The notes under the pieces: model-generated
The model's input: the letters and a program-made list of their open reading frames with translations, nothing else
Databases searched by the model: none
Told to the model about the DNA's origin: nothing
Made by a program: the position numbers and the translations under genes
Source: Mobula hypostoma
Taxonomy: Eukaryota
Direction of reading: 5' to 3'
DNA: 64,000 nt
NCBI RefSeq assembly: GCF_963921235.1
Contig: NC_086097.1
Span: forward strand, 119,352,001 to 119,416,000
Part shown: positions 50,648-63,622 of the stretch, one piece after another
How positions within the stretch are numbered: position 1 is the first letter of the stretch
Layout: every line of letters begins with the position of its first letter

Positions 50648-52963
50648 TGCAGATGCCTTGTTATTTAAATTAATCGTTACCTTTTGATTAACATTGTAAC
50701 ACTGCTAAAGGATCTCAGTAAGAGTAAGCATTCAAACAACAATATTTTCCGCAATATAGTTTATTCCACAAAGAAGCTATGTAACGATCTTGTATTAACA
50801 ACTGAAGTGATGGGTTATATTGTCTTGTAAAATTCCTCAGCAAATGTGAAGCTGTGTTGTAGTCCAGTTGGAAGTTTGTAATTTAGGCTCATCAAATAAC
50901 ATAATTATGAGTGCAGTATCACACCTCATTAAGAAGAATTTTTAAAAACGTGGCGTTTTTCTACTATGTGATCAACCTATCTCCCATCCACAGGCATGGG
51001 TTTATGAAGTGATCTGCTCCTGGTCCAACTTCATAGTTGCACAGACAGTAGTGGCTCTGCCTCTCAGTTCCAGTGACTCTGCTCCACCCTGACCCTCAAT
51101 ACTGAGAGTGCAGAGTGTGTTCTCTCTGTCTGCAATTTGTGTGAGTTTCATCTAGGTGCTCCGGTTCCCTCTGATGCCTCAATTCCTATGTCAGTAGGTT
51201 ACAGCGCAGCAAGAAGTGCTTCTGCACCATTCAATTACACTTTTGAGACCAATTAACTTACTAACCTGTACACGGTCAAAGTGAGAACACAGGATCTCCT
51301 TACAGACAGCAGCGGGAACTGAACCCAAGTCAGCGATGCTATAATCACGTAGTGTTGGGTAGTAGCATCTGGAAGTAGTTCATGTAAATGGGAGAATTAG
51401 ATAGAATTAGAACAAATGGGCAAGCATTCATTCAATCATTAAATTATTTGATATAAAATATTAAATAAAATATCCATATAAATTAATCCAAATCTTTAAC
51501 ATGAACTTAAAAGGCTGAAGGACCTATTCCATCCAGGATGACGTTCTTCTTTTTCATATCTCTATTTAATGTTATTAAATCATATTAAATTGATCCAATA
51601 TGACTTCCTATTTTAACTCAATATGACACTTAGCAATTAATTTACATCATTTATCATCTTGACCTTTATTAGAGAAGCTTTCCTTTCCCCGTGTGAATTG
51701 AAATAGATTTAATAAAGGGTGATTTTCCTTCACCCTGGAACACCTTGATAACATTTGCCATTTGCTCTACCATTTGCTATTCTTCCATTCTGTCCTTATT
51801 ATTTATAATAAATTGCCATGTTTGCTTATCTGTAGTCATTCTGCCTGCAAGGATCCAGCATAACCCAAGTGCATTCATTTTCTCATTTCAGCTTCCACCT
51901 GTCTCAGACTGTGTTGGAACTTCAACCTCTCTCACATGCATTATGATTAAAACTATTGGAATAAAGGACAGATGTAATTTTCTAACTCCGTCCACATCTA
52001 GACAAATCCTTGGAGTTGTTTCAGAATTTTATGATTCTATTTTCTCCAAATTTTCTTTTCCAATAACAGAATACAGTAACATTTATTTTAATTGCTTTTA
52101 CAATCACAAGTTTACATTTCCCTGCTTCTTTTCCTGTCTCTAGGTGGATTTTTATTTCCACTGAAGTCAAGAGAGCTGCTGTCATCTATTTTAGTCTGCC
52201 TCACAAGTCAAGATCTACTCCTTGTGTTTTTCCACGTATTGAATTCATGTATTGATTCTCTGTTGCAAGGCAATTTACTCGCCTGTAATGTCCACTGAAT
52301 CCTTAATAGATTTCATTACCTTTCCTGTCATCCAGCTACTCTTCTTCATCCAGTTTTCCTCCTCGTGGCCACTTCTGCAGCAGTTAATGTTTCGACTTGG
52401 TACAAGGTAGTGATCACAATACTTCTTTCTTCAGCACTAGTGTTCTCTTCCTCGAGAAGATGTCTCAGAGTTTGCTGGAAAATATCAGAATTTCTCCTTG
52501 TTGACGCTGATACTTCCCTGAGCAGTCGTCTGCAGCTCTGGAAGTTTCACACAAACGCTAAAAGCCCAGGGGTGCACTTAAATTTTAACCACCAAGTTCT
52601 GATGCCACTGAAGTCTGGCCCCAGTGAAGCTCCAGCAATTTCAACCTCTTGTGCAGGGATATCGCTCAAAAAATTTGTCCCACTTTGAGCTTAGGACCAG
52701 AGCAGCTACCCTATTGATATTAATGGGAAATTTCAACTGTGCAAATCGATTTTTAAATCTAAATGTTTAAGTAATAATCTTATATTATTAATAACATGTC
52801 TCTGGTTTTTTCTAACTTTATACTCTAATTCTTAGAGACACTTGATTTCTCATGTTCTTTTGACAGCTAATTAAGGAAAGTGATTTTAATGTTTATCAAA
52901 AACTTTTCTCACCTGCCAGATCACAGACATAATGATACAGTCCACCTAAAGTGCAGATAGATA

Positions 52964-53320
52964 CATTCAGTGACCACTCTATTAGGTACTTCTTATACAT
53001 AATAAAGTGTCCACTGAACATTTATTCATGGTCTTCTGCTGCTGTAGCCCATCCACTTCATAGCTTGACAATTTGTGGATTCGGAGATGCTCACCATTTG
53101 TTAACATGTGGTTATCTGATTATTGTTATCTTCCTGTCAGTTTAAAGCAGTCTGGCCATTCTCATCTGACCTCTCTCATTAACAAGATATTTTCGCCCAC
53201 AGTACTGCTGCTCACTAGACTTTTTTTTGTTTTTTTGCACCATTCTCTATAAACTCTAGATACCGTTGTTTGTGAAAATCGCAGGAGATCAGCAGTGTCA
53301 GAGATATAGAGACCACTCTA
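52964..53320 (-). mobile_element. Tc1-derived MITE, partial
   Basis: TIR hairpin 52964-53020; body matches 60809-61180. Confidence 0.8.
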
Positions 53321-55060
53321 TATACGGTACCAGCGGCCTGGAGCCTTACCTGGCGCAAGTCAAACTTACCACATAGCATAACAAGTGGAGACCCTCCGAA
53401 ACGGCGGTGAGCCTTGCCCTCGCACTGGTGGGGGATGCCTAGTGGCCCCTCCTCGACCCTACACTGAATGAGCAGCATAACTCCTGGGCCCTCGTCACAG
53501 CACTGGAGTGTAGTTTCGAGCAGAAGCCATTGGTGGAAACAATGATGAAATAATTGTGCAGCAGACAGCGTCATAAGGTAGGAAACATGGGGTGAATGCA
53601 GCACATCACCGCCACTGTGCGCGGCATGGCTACCTCCATTGGCCTCCCACGGCCCAGGAAGAGCTTGCCCTCCACGCCTTTGTAAGGGCGCAATGCCAGA
53701 GTGCCTTTGGTAGCATGTGCGCCTGACATCAGCATTATCGCTGGGCCTCGGAGAGGGCTGAAGAAGCTTTAGCCCCTCAAGGTGTTCCAGCGTCACCCCG
53801 CATGCTGCGAGCTAGAGTTTGTGTCACCGAGACAGAGGAGGAAACATTCAAGGAGAAGCCTGTCTCGCAGGTCCTACCAGTGTCAAGCCGGCACCACTGT
53901 ATGCCATAGAGTAATTTCTGCTACCGGTGAGGCGAGGTGAGCCATGTAGCCCAGGACTACCCCACACCAACACCTCACCAGAGCTCTGTGCTGCCATTGG
54001 GAAGCACTGAGTGGGCATCACTGTCTGAGAACTCCAGCAGAATCCCTCCATTGTTGCCTCTCCGGGTGGGCCGTTCTTGTGAAGAACAAGGCTTATACGT
54101 GGACAGCATGGGGGAAGGCATCAGATGCTATACATTGGTAGATACAGGGTTGGCTTTCACTATCATCTCTCTGGGTGTCCTCCCCAGCACAGACCAGCCA
54201 TCTCCGCCAGGCTGAACAATGACGGCAGTCCACCTGGCTATGGTCACCGGCGACCGTGCGACGATGCGAGAGGGCAGAGGAGGCTGCGCATCGCAGTGGG
54301 GAAAAGCACAGTGGAGCAGGAGGCGTGGCTCGCTGACATCCAAGCGTCCTGCTTCATTGGCTTGGACCTGCTGTCTCGCTGGGGAGCCTGTGTGGATGCG
54401 TCGAGGGCAACTCTCCACCTCGGCACTGAATCCGTGGCTCTCCGGCAGGGCACTTCCAGGATGGGGACCCGGCGGGTGCACCAACAATCACCACTGGTCT
54501 CCCAGCAGCCCGCCACGGTGTACCACACCCCATAGTCACCCAATGCAACACAGCAGATCCAGGGGTAAGTGGCAGGGGCAGCACTTCAGCTGGCAACCAG
54601 TGGCGAGGTAGACCTCCTCACCATTGACCAGCAGCTGAACAGTGAACAGGTGAGCGATCCTGTGCTGGCCCAGTGAAGGTATGGGTAAACGTGGGACAGC
54701 GGCCGGGGTGGACAGAGGTCTCTGCCCTGGATCCAAAGATCAAACCCTCTACTTTCATGGGGCTTGCTGGAGGAGAGCGATGGGTTGTTGTTCTGGCGCT
54801 GGCAGTCTTCTGAAAGCGACAGACATCTCCTGCAGCTTGTGGTTCCCCGGGGGCTTCACGTGACAGTGTTGTAGCCAGTGCATGGGCTGGTTGGGGCCAG
54901 CCATTTTGGGGTCACAAATACGTAAGATAAGCTGTGCGAAAGTTGCTATTGGCTGGATAGAGACAGGACTTGGAGCTGTTCGTGCTCTGTTGAAAGGCTA
55001 GAGGGGCTGGGCCGCCGGTCTAGTGCGTTAATGCAGCAGGACATGGGGACAGGATGCCAG
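53321..55060 (+). mobile_element. Decayed Gypsy internal region (gag, Zn knuckle, protease, integrase Zn-binding) lacking RT/RNase H
   Basis: gag-like NKWRPSETAVSLALALVGDA; knuckle CYR*GEVSHVAQD (~53920); protease LVDTG (~54141); integrase-like LQLVVP..H....SHFGV...CYW (~54830-54950). Confidence 0.75.
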
Positions 55061-55404
55061 TATAGGTCTAATGAGGGTGAGGCCAAGCTGACAGAGAAGC
55101 TGACCTGAAAATTCCTGTCTTCTATCTGGCTATCCTGGCTACAGGACACAATTATGCAAATATTTACCTCATAACACTATATTCGTAACTCTACTTTATA
55201 AATCATGGGCATTCAGAGAACACGCAGCACAATTCGCAGCCCTTCCTATGATTATCAATAGCCAGATAACAAAGTCGGAATATGAAGAGGATTACTGCCT
55301 TGAAAAATAAAAGTTAATCTTCACATGAAGATAATGATGAGAGGGATTGCATTTTGTTGAAAGGGCAGAGGATTCTGACTACACACTGTGCATTATGTGC
55401 CAGT

Positions 55405-58400
55405 CAAAGTTGAAAGTAAATTTATTATCAAAGTACATACAGTATTTGTCCCCATTTATAACCCTGAGATTCATTTGAATGTGGGCATTCACAGTAAATG
55501 CAACAAACATAGTAGAACCAATGAAAGACTGCCCCAACAGGACAGACAAACAACCAATGTGTAAAAGACAACATATGATGCAAATACTAAAAGAAAATAA
55601 ATAATAAGTAAATAAACAATAAATGTAGAGAACTTGAGATGAAGAATCCTTGAAAATGAGTCCATTCTTTGTGGGACTATTTCAGTGATGGGGTCAATGA
55701 AGCTGAGTGAAGTTATCCACTTTAGTTTAAGAGGCTGATGGTTGAGGGGTATTAACCATTCCTGAATCTAGTTGTGTGGGTTTTAAAGGAACCGTGCCTT
55801 TTTCCTAATGAGAGAGCATAGCCTGGTTAGTGAGTGTTATTGATGACTGATACTACTTCCTTGTGACAGTGCTTCTTGTGGATGTGATTATTTGTAGGGA
55901 GGGCTTTATCTCTGATGAACTGGGCTGTATCCACTACATTTTGTAGGTTTTTACATTCAAGGGCATTGATACAACCAGTCCATATATTCTCCAGAATCAG
56001 GATCAGGTTTATCATCACGACATGTGTCACGAAATTTGTTAGCTTAGCAGCAGCAGTTCAATGCAATACATAATATAGAAGAAAAGAAAAATAAATCAAT
56101 CAATCAATCCATCAATCAATTACAGTATATATATATATTGAATAAATTATAAATCATGCAAAAAACAGAAATAATATATATTTAAAAAGTGAGGTAGTGT
56201 CCATGGGTTCAATGTCCATTTAGGAATTGGATGTCAGAGGGGAAGAAGCTGTTCCTGAATCGCTGAGTGTGTGCCTTCAGGCTTCTGTACCTCTTACCTG
56301 AAGGTAACAATGAGAAAAGGGAAGGCCCTGGGTTCTCGAAGTCCTTAATAATGGACACTGCCTTTCTGAGACACCACTCCTTGAAGATGCCCTGGGTACT
56401 TTGTAGGCTACTACCCAAGATGGAGCCGACTAAATTTACAACACTCTGCAGCTTCTTTCAGTCCTGTGCAGTAACTACACCCCCCTCCCCTCCACCATAC
56501 CAGACAGTGATGCAGCCTGTCAGAATGCTCTCCACGATACATCTATAGAAGTTTTTGAGTGTATTTGTTGACATACCAAATCTCTTCAAACTCCTAATGA
56601 AGTATGGGCACTGCCTTGCCTTCCTTCTAATTGCATTGGTATGTCGGGACCAGGTTAGGTCCTCAAAGATCTTGACACCCAGGAACTTGAAACTGCTCAC
56701 TCTCTCCACTTCTGATCCCTCTATGAGGATTGGTATGTGTTCTTTTGTCTTACTCTTCCTGAAGTCCACAATCAGCTCTTTCGTCTTACTGATGTTGAGT
56801 GTCAGGTTGTTGCTGCGACACCACTCCACTAATTGGCATATCTCGCTCCTGTACGCCCTCTCGTCACCACCTGAGATTCTACCAAAAATGGTTGTATCAT
56901 CAGCAAATTTATTGATGGTTCTCGAGCTATGACTAGCCATACAGTCAGGGGTATAGAGAGAGTAGAGCAGTGGGCTACGCACACACCCCTGAGGTGCACA
57001 AGTGTTGATTGTCAGCGAGGAGGAGATATTATCACCCTCCACACAGATTGTGGTCTTCCGGTTAGGAAGTCAGGACCCAATTGCAGAGGGAGATACAGAG
57101 CCCCAGGTTCTGTAAACTTCTCAATCAGGATTGTGGAAATGACGGTATTAAATGCTGAGCTATAGTTGATGAACAGCATCCTGACATAGGTGTTTGTGCT
57201 ATCCAGGTGGTCTAAAGCCATGTGAAGAGCCATTGAGAATGCGTCTGTTGTTGACTCATTGTGGCGATAGGCAAATTGTGGTGGGTCCAGGTCCTTGCTG
57301 AGGCAGGAGTTCAGTCTAGACATGACCAACCTCTCAAAGCATTTTGTCACTGTAGATGTGAGTGCTGCCAGGAAATAGTCATCAAGGCAGATCACATTAT
57401 TTTTCTTAGTACTTGTATAACTATCGCCTTTTTGTAGTAAGTGGCAACTTCTACCTGTAGCAGTGAGTGATTGAAAAGATCCTTGAATGCTTCTGCCAGT
57501 TAGTTGGTATAGGTTTTCAGATCCTTACCAAGTGCTCCATAGGGACCTTCCAACTTGCGAATGTTCACCCTCTTTAAAGACAGCCTAACATCGGCCTCTG
57601 AGACAGAGATCATAGGGTCATCAGGTGCAGCAGGGATCTTCAGAGCTGCAGTTATATTCTCCCTTTCAAAGCAGGCATAGAAGGCGTTGAGTTCATGCGG
57701 TGTTGAAATATCACTGCCATTCATGCTATCGAGTTTCACTTTGTGGGAAGTACAAACCCCACCAAAGTTGTCCTTCATCGTTTGTCGTACACCTGATGTC
57801 GCCTCCAACCTCAGTGGAAATTCCACCACTTATCTATAAAAGTTCGTCAAAATTTTAGCCGACGTACCAAATCTTCTCAGACTTGTAAGAAAGTAAAGAC
57901 ACTGTCATGCCTTCTCCATAATAGTACTTATTATGACAGATCCTCTGACACGATAGCACCGAGGAGTAAAAGGTTCAGCCCTCTTCACCTCTGATCTTCC
58001 AATGAGGACTGGCTCGTGGGCCTCCAGTTCCCTCCTCCTGAAGTCAACAATCAGCTTCTTCATGTTGCTGACAGTGAGTGAGAGGCTGTTGTTGTGACAC
58101 CACTCAGCAAGATTTTCAATATCCCTCCTGTATGCTGATTTGTCACCTCCTTTGATTTGGCCAGTGACGGTAGTGTCATCAGCAAACTTGAACATGGCAT
58201 TGGAGCTATGCTTAGCCACGCAGTCATAAGTGAAAAGTGAGTAGAGCAGGATACTAAGCACACAAACTTAAGGTACACCTGTACTGATGCAGATAAAGGA
58301 GGAGATTTTGTTGTCAACCTGAACTGACTGGAGTCTGCAAGTGAGGAAGTCAAGGATCCAATTGCGCAAATAGGTATTGACGCCAAGGCCAAAGCCTTGA

Positions 58401-58480
58401 AGTTTATTGATTAGTTTGGAAGGGATGATAGTATTGAATACAGAGCTGTAGTCAATAAAGAGCATCCTGATGTATGTATC
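55405..58480 (-). mobile_element. Two nested Rex1/Babar LINEs (inner 55993-57820; outer 55405-55992 plus 57821-58480)
   Basis: Two separate RT cores (KFADDTT at ~56900 and ~58180) and two 3' tails (55405; AGAATCAGGATCAGG at 55993); the outer halves join colinearly. Confidence 0.85.
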
Positions 58481-58798
58481 ATGATGCACTTCATTGTATG
58501 CATCAGTATTAAGCTGAGCCCTCAGCTACCTGGTTACCACAAAACTCTCCAATGTACCAAGCACTGCTTTGAATAATTATGAAAGATAAGCAGTGAATGG
58601 ATATATAATAGGATCCATGAAAGCCTCAAAGTTGTAGAAACACAGTAGCTATGGGTAGTAGTGGCTTTCTTCGATTGAGGCAATTTCTATCATCGGAAAA
58701 TGGAAGTGCTATCTAGAGTTCCGAAACAAAAATCGATATAACTACTCAACCGACAAATCTAGAAAAAATGATAAATATGCAAATATAATGCCAACGTA

Positions 58799-59025
58799 GT
58801 GATACATGCATAATACTGGAGGAACTCAGCAATTCAGGCAGCATCTATGGAGTGGAATATACGGTCGATGTTTCAGGCTGAGACTCTTCATCTGGACTGG
58901 AGGAGTCTCGGCCTGAAACATCAACAGCTTACTCCTTTCCATGGATACTGCTTGAACTGCTGAGTTCCTCTAGCATTATGTACGTGTCACACTGGATATC
59001 CAGTATCTGTAGAATCTCTCGTGTT
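58799..59025. mobile_element. Penelope-derived fold-back element
   Basis: Inverted arms meet at ~58900 beside hammerhead remnants. Imperfect 15-bp TSD TATAATGCCAACGTA (58784-58798) / TACAAAGCCAACATA (59026-59040). Confidence 0.8.
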
Positions 59026-59299
59026 TACAAAGCCAACATAACAGCTTTCTTTTGGCATGGGGAGTTATGAAATCCTCTTAAAGTAATGGCTGTCATTGGT
59101 GCTGGCATTATGGATAACAAGCACCATGATTTATAATCCATTCTCAGTCACAATTACTTTGTTGCTGCAATTCACATGGGCACTTCAGTTGAGCAAATAT
59201 CCTCTGGGAAAAAGTTAACTTCTGGGCTGACTCTGAGCTTCAGTGCATTGAGCCTGTTGCAGAAAGAATAGTGAGGGCTAATTACTAGTACGTTTGTAA

Positions 59300-59936
59300 A
59301 TAGGGATGTAGGCGGGAGGAGAGATAGCAGTGCGCCTGTGCGTGCACAGCCCTCCGGTGAAAAATGATATTGTATCTGTTAAATAGGGGCCATGGACAAT
59401 TCTGATTTGATGGAGAATGGACATGAAAGCACAGAGGAACATCTGGAGAAATTTCTGAAATGCTCGTTTGCTGCTGTTATTACTGCGTGGTCAGGAATCT
59501 TTCAGAGAGTAGGTCTCAAAATCCCCGGCTTTGCCTGCTGTTGGCGACTAAGGCTGAGGTCGAATCGTTCTGACAGAGATGGCGCTCAGTACTCGGTGTT
59601 GGAGAGCTGATCAGAGCTCGAAGTTTTCGGATGACTCAGAGTCGGACTGTGGTCGGCATGGCAGGGAGAGTTTTTCTTCCTTCTCCCGTCTGCATCGATG
59701 TGGGACATTTGAGAGACTTTGAACTTTTACTGTGCTCATGGACTTCTTCATCAAGTTATGGTATAGTTGCGCTGTTGTAACTATATGTTATAATTATGTG
59801 GTTTTGTCAGTTTTTCCAGTCTTGGTCTGTCCTGTGTTTTGTGATATCACACCGGAGGAAATATTGTATCATTTCTTAATGCATGCATTACTAAATGACA
59901 ATAAAAGAGGACTACGTGTCTTCATAATCTAAATCT
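59300..59936 (+). mobile_element. Unclassified non-autonomous retroelement
   Basis: CpG-richer block ending ATGACAATAAA...AATCTAAATCT, a 3' end like the Rex1-type tail at ~28260-28290. Confidence 0.45.
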
Positions 59937-60808
59937 AGATTTTCTTAATGTGGCAACCGAGAACTGCAGACAAAGCCTAGAAATATAGATATGAAATGCT
60001 GCAGTAATGACATCTAAGTTTCAGGAACTTCATTCATATATTGTGTACCCATTGTTGTATTAGAGAATTGGATTTATTACTAGACCTGTGGATAACCATT
60101 TTACTCTGTCACCATGACCTAGTCTGTTACTTCATTAAGGCTGGTTCGGTTGAGTTGAACTCTGACCGTTGCAATTTACTTGAAAAAGTTTCATCACCAT
60201 ACAAGGAGACATCGTCAGTGCTCTGTTGATTAAGTCTTCCTGTAGCCACCATTCTGTTGCCTGAATGTAGTTCAAATGGTAATGTTGTCAACTGAGAATC
60301 AAAAAGATGTACTGAATTCGTGCTCAGGTAGATCAGCTTTGACTGGTCTCCTGGTGTGGATCAATTTTTAACCAATCACCCACTAGTTCAAACACTAACT
60401 CTGCTTGACCTTTCGGTTTTCTCCTACAGGCCCTAGTCCCATCACAATGAAGAGACAATAAAGATGCTGACGGAGCTTTATTCACTGCATATGGTCTGTC
60501 AGACGGCGACATCATTTATGAAGTGCCCTCGTAGCTCTTTAGAGGTAACAATGCATTCACTGCAAACTGTCTGGAAGATTAGATAACAGTGAGGAAGAAG
60601 CAATAGTTGCTAGTTACCGTATACTCTCTCTCTCTCAGGCATTTGAACATTGCCGCTCAATAACATTGAATTCCTGTCATTATTACACTCACACAAAGAT
60701 ACTGATGAGAGAGATTTATAATTTGATGAATTAGTCTCACAGTATCCAATCCAATGATCCTTTCACCAACAGACAAATGACATAAAGTATTGCTGCTGTG
60801 GAAATGTA

Positions 60809-61876
60809 CACTCAGTGGCCATTTTATTAGGTTTCTCCTGTACCTAATAAAGTGGCCACTAAGAGCAAGTTCGCAGTTTTCTGCTGCTGTAGCCAACCTA
60901 CTTCAACTTTCGACATGTTGTGCACTCAGAGATGCTCTTCTGCACACCACTGCTGTAACACGTAATTATTTGAGTTACTGGCACATTCCTGTCAGCTTGA
61001 ACCAGGCTGGCTATTGTCCTCTGTCCTCTCTCATTAACAAAGCATTTTCACCCCCAGAACTGCTTCTCACTGGATTTTTTTTTTGTTTTTTTGTAATTTT
61101 CTATGTAAACTCTACAGACTGTTGTATGTGAAAGTCCCAGGAGATCTGCGGTTTCTGAGGTACTCAAACACCCCGTCTGGCACCAACAATCATACCTTTG
61201 TTAAGGTCACATGTGTCATATCTCTTCCTCGTATTTCTGATGTTTGGTCGGAACTGTTAGAGTGTATTCTGGAGCTATGGTATAAAGCAAATACTAGTTT
61301 CAATGGTGGCCTATCTTCAGACCTGAACATAGATTATAGATTGAGTTTAAAATGCACGCAGATTAGTGGTGTTCTTGGAGCTGCAGTTTGGAGTCAATTG
61401 CAAACAAAGAAACACTCTATTAATCTGAGGTGTCTGCATATGCATGAATGCAGCCCAGAGTCTATAGGGATTAATATTCATCTTGGGTGCCTGGAGTGTT
61501 GCTGTGAAGATTGATTTGTTTGAAAATTATATGGAATTCAAAGGAAGCATTGTGGATAGATTGTAACTATAGAATTGTCCTACTGTTACCTTTGATCCTT
61601 AACATATAAAAATGTCATGTAATATTGGGCCAGGCAGGCCTCTTCTACATTAATGTCTCCAGTATGATGCTTGCTGCTTGTTTTGCTGAATAAAGACGTC
61701 TATATCCATCAGCTTTGGTGTCTCTCTGGTGACTTCAATCAGTCACAACAGGAACAATGACTGAACCTCATGATGTCTGCATGCTTTTATGCGTTGAGTT
61801 GTACATGATTGGCTGATTAGGTATTTACATTAACGAGCAGGTGTACAGTTGTACCTAATAAAGTGGCTACTGGGTG
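60809..61876 (-). mobile_element. Complete Tc1-derived MITE with TA TSD, interrupted by a solo LTR
   Basis: TA-CACTCAGTGGCCATTTTATTAGGT ... ACCTAATAAAGTGGCTACTGGGTG-TA. Confidence 0.9.
61255..61750 (+). mobile_element. Solo LTR (496 bp) with 5-bp TSD
   Basis: TGTT...AACA termini; GGAAC at 61250-61254 and 61751-61755; TATAAAA (~61605) followed by AATAAA (~61689). Confidence 0.88.
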
Positions 61877-62663
61877 TATATCAGATGTCATATTGGACAT
61901 GGGTTATATAACTTAGAGCCGGTGATGCTAGAAAACTATCATAATTTGTCATTGCTCAAATTATTTGTCAAATTTTTCATCACTAATTCCATAACGAGTA
62001 GGTGTAGCTAACAATGTTGCCACATAGTGTAAATTCAGTTTAAAAATCAAAAATCCACAAGAAGACAAAAATAAAAAGCAAACAAATGTTGACCACTCCA
62101 GTAATGTCCTTTTCATCTGCAACTGTTGTGTAATGTGACTGCTAATGGTTGACATTTGACTCCTAAAATACCTCAAAACATTGTGTGCTTCAGATAAAGG
62201 CAATGATGCTGAGATACTATACATTCTAGGATGCACTGGGACATATTATCAGTGTTGTAACCTGGGGTCATCGGGTGTTTTGGGTCTTTCAACATCAGAC
62301 ACTCTCGCCCAGGTGACCCAGCCAGTGTTGATCAGGCCCTGGCTTGTGTACCAGAAGCATTTGTCCATGGGTCATACCTCTTGATCCATGACAACCTAGA
62401 GCTTCTGTGATGGTTCTGGTGGCTCTTTACTTTTGCAGCCCCCGTAATGCTAAGGAGAGGGTAGGTTCTGCACAGCGAGCAGCCAGCAAACCTTTACACC
62501 TCACCTCTATAGGCTCGCATCATGTCCTCCACAGTCCAAGAGCTCCTTTTTGCTGTGCTCACGAGGAACAGATATCAATATATATGATTTATTTTGTAAT
62601 CTAGCAAAAGTAATTCAAAATTTCAATCATTTGCTTGAACCTGGCATGAAGGTTTAAGACATA

Positions 62664-63498
62664 TGTGATGGGGTCCAGAAATACCCCTATGATCTGTGCT
62701 TTTGGAAAAAGAGAGAGGGAGTTGTGGAACACAGACACCTTGTTAAAAGAGAGAGAAAGAAAGAGAGAGAAAGAGGCGAAGACTGCTTTGAGATGGTGTT
62801 ACAGTTATTCGACAGCATGTTTACACTTTTGCAAGGACACTAGCAGCTTCCAAGTTCTTACAGAAAGAGAAGAGAGGAGCTGCTTGATGGACAGATGGTA
62901 TTCAGCATAGTGAGATAAATAGAAGGTCAGCTGTTAGACCTACAGACATATGGTTTTGGACACTAAATGAGCTTTGTTGTGCCCACGAAAAGGTGAGTTT
63001 TGGGAGGATCGATCAGGCAGATCGATCAATGGTTCTTGCAGTGTGAAAAGGGTGTGACTAGTGGGGAATTATTCATGTGCCAACCCTCGCCTGGGTTGAT
63101 AATTCTACCACAGAAGAACGGTCCCCTTTGTTGTGGTCACAGTCGGTGACTTCGAAATGATTTCAGAGGACAACGGGAAGATCAACAGCGTCAGCTCACC
63201 TGAAGACTCAAATCTCGCCCCCTCACTCTCTCTCCACCACTACTCAACTCAATACCATGAACTGAACTGAACTTTACTCATCATCGCAAGACTATTTATC
63301 CCTAGACTTGAAGAAGCTTGGTTTTCATATATTTTCACACTTACTTATATATAATCATTGCTAACCTGCTTTATATATATTATTTTATATTACTGTATTG
63401 CGTAGTTACTGATAAATATCATTAGTTAATAGCAATACTGGATTCCAAAGTGTTTTCCATTTCTGCTGGTTCTATAACCCGTCACGGGGTACGTGACA
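62664..63498 (+). repeat. 5' LTR of a Gypsy retrotransposon (~835 bp)
   Basis: TGTGATG...CGTGACA; followed by a PBS and gag. The left boundary is inferred. Confidence 0.8.
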
Positions 63499-63502
63499 AA
63501 AT

Positions 63503-63521
63503 TGGGGGCTGTGTCCGAGAT
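63503..63521 (+). promoter_or_regulatory. Primer-binding site, tRNA-Pro-like
   Basis: TGGGGGCTGTGTCCGAGAT versus canonical Pro PBS TGGGGGCTCGTCCGGGAT, 4 nt after the LTR end. Confidence 0.8.
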
Positions 63522-63622
63522 ATGAACAAATTGGTGGGAGCCATTCTAAAAATTGTGGAAGGCTTGTTTGAATTGACTGGGGGAAATCCCTTTTGATTTG
63601 GTTGTGTGGAAAAACAGCACAA

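Noticed and set aside
51420..52900. Purine-rich minus-strand block, possibly a decayed L1 ORF1/5' region or exon
   Set aside because: Frequent stops and no motif I can identify with confidence.
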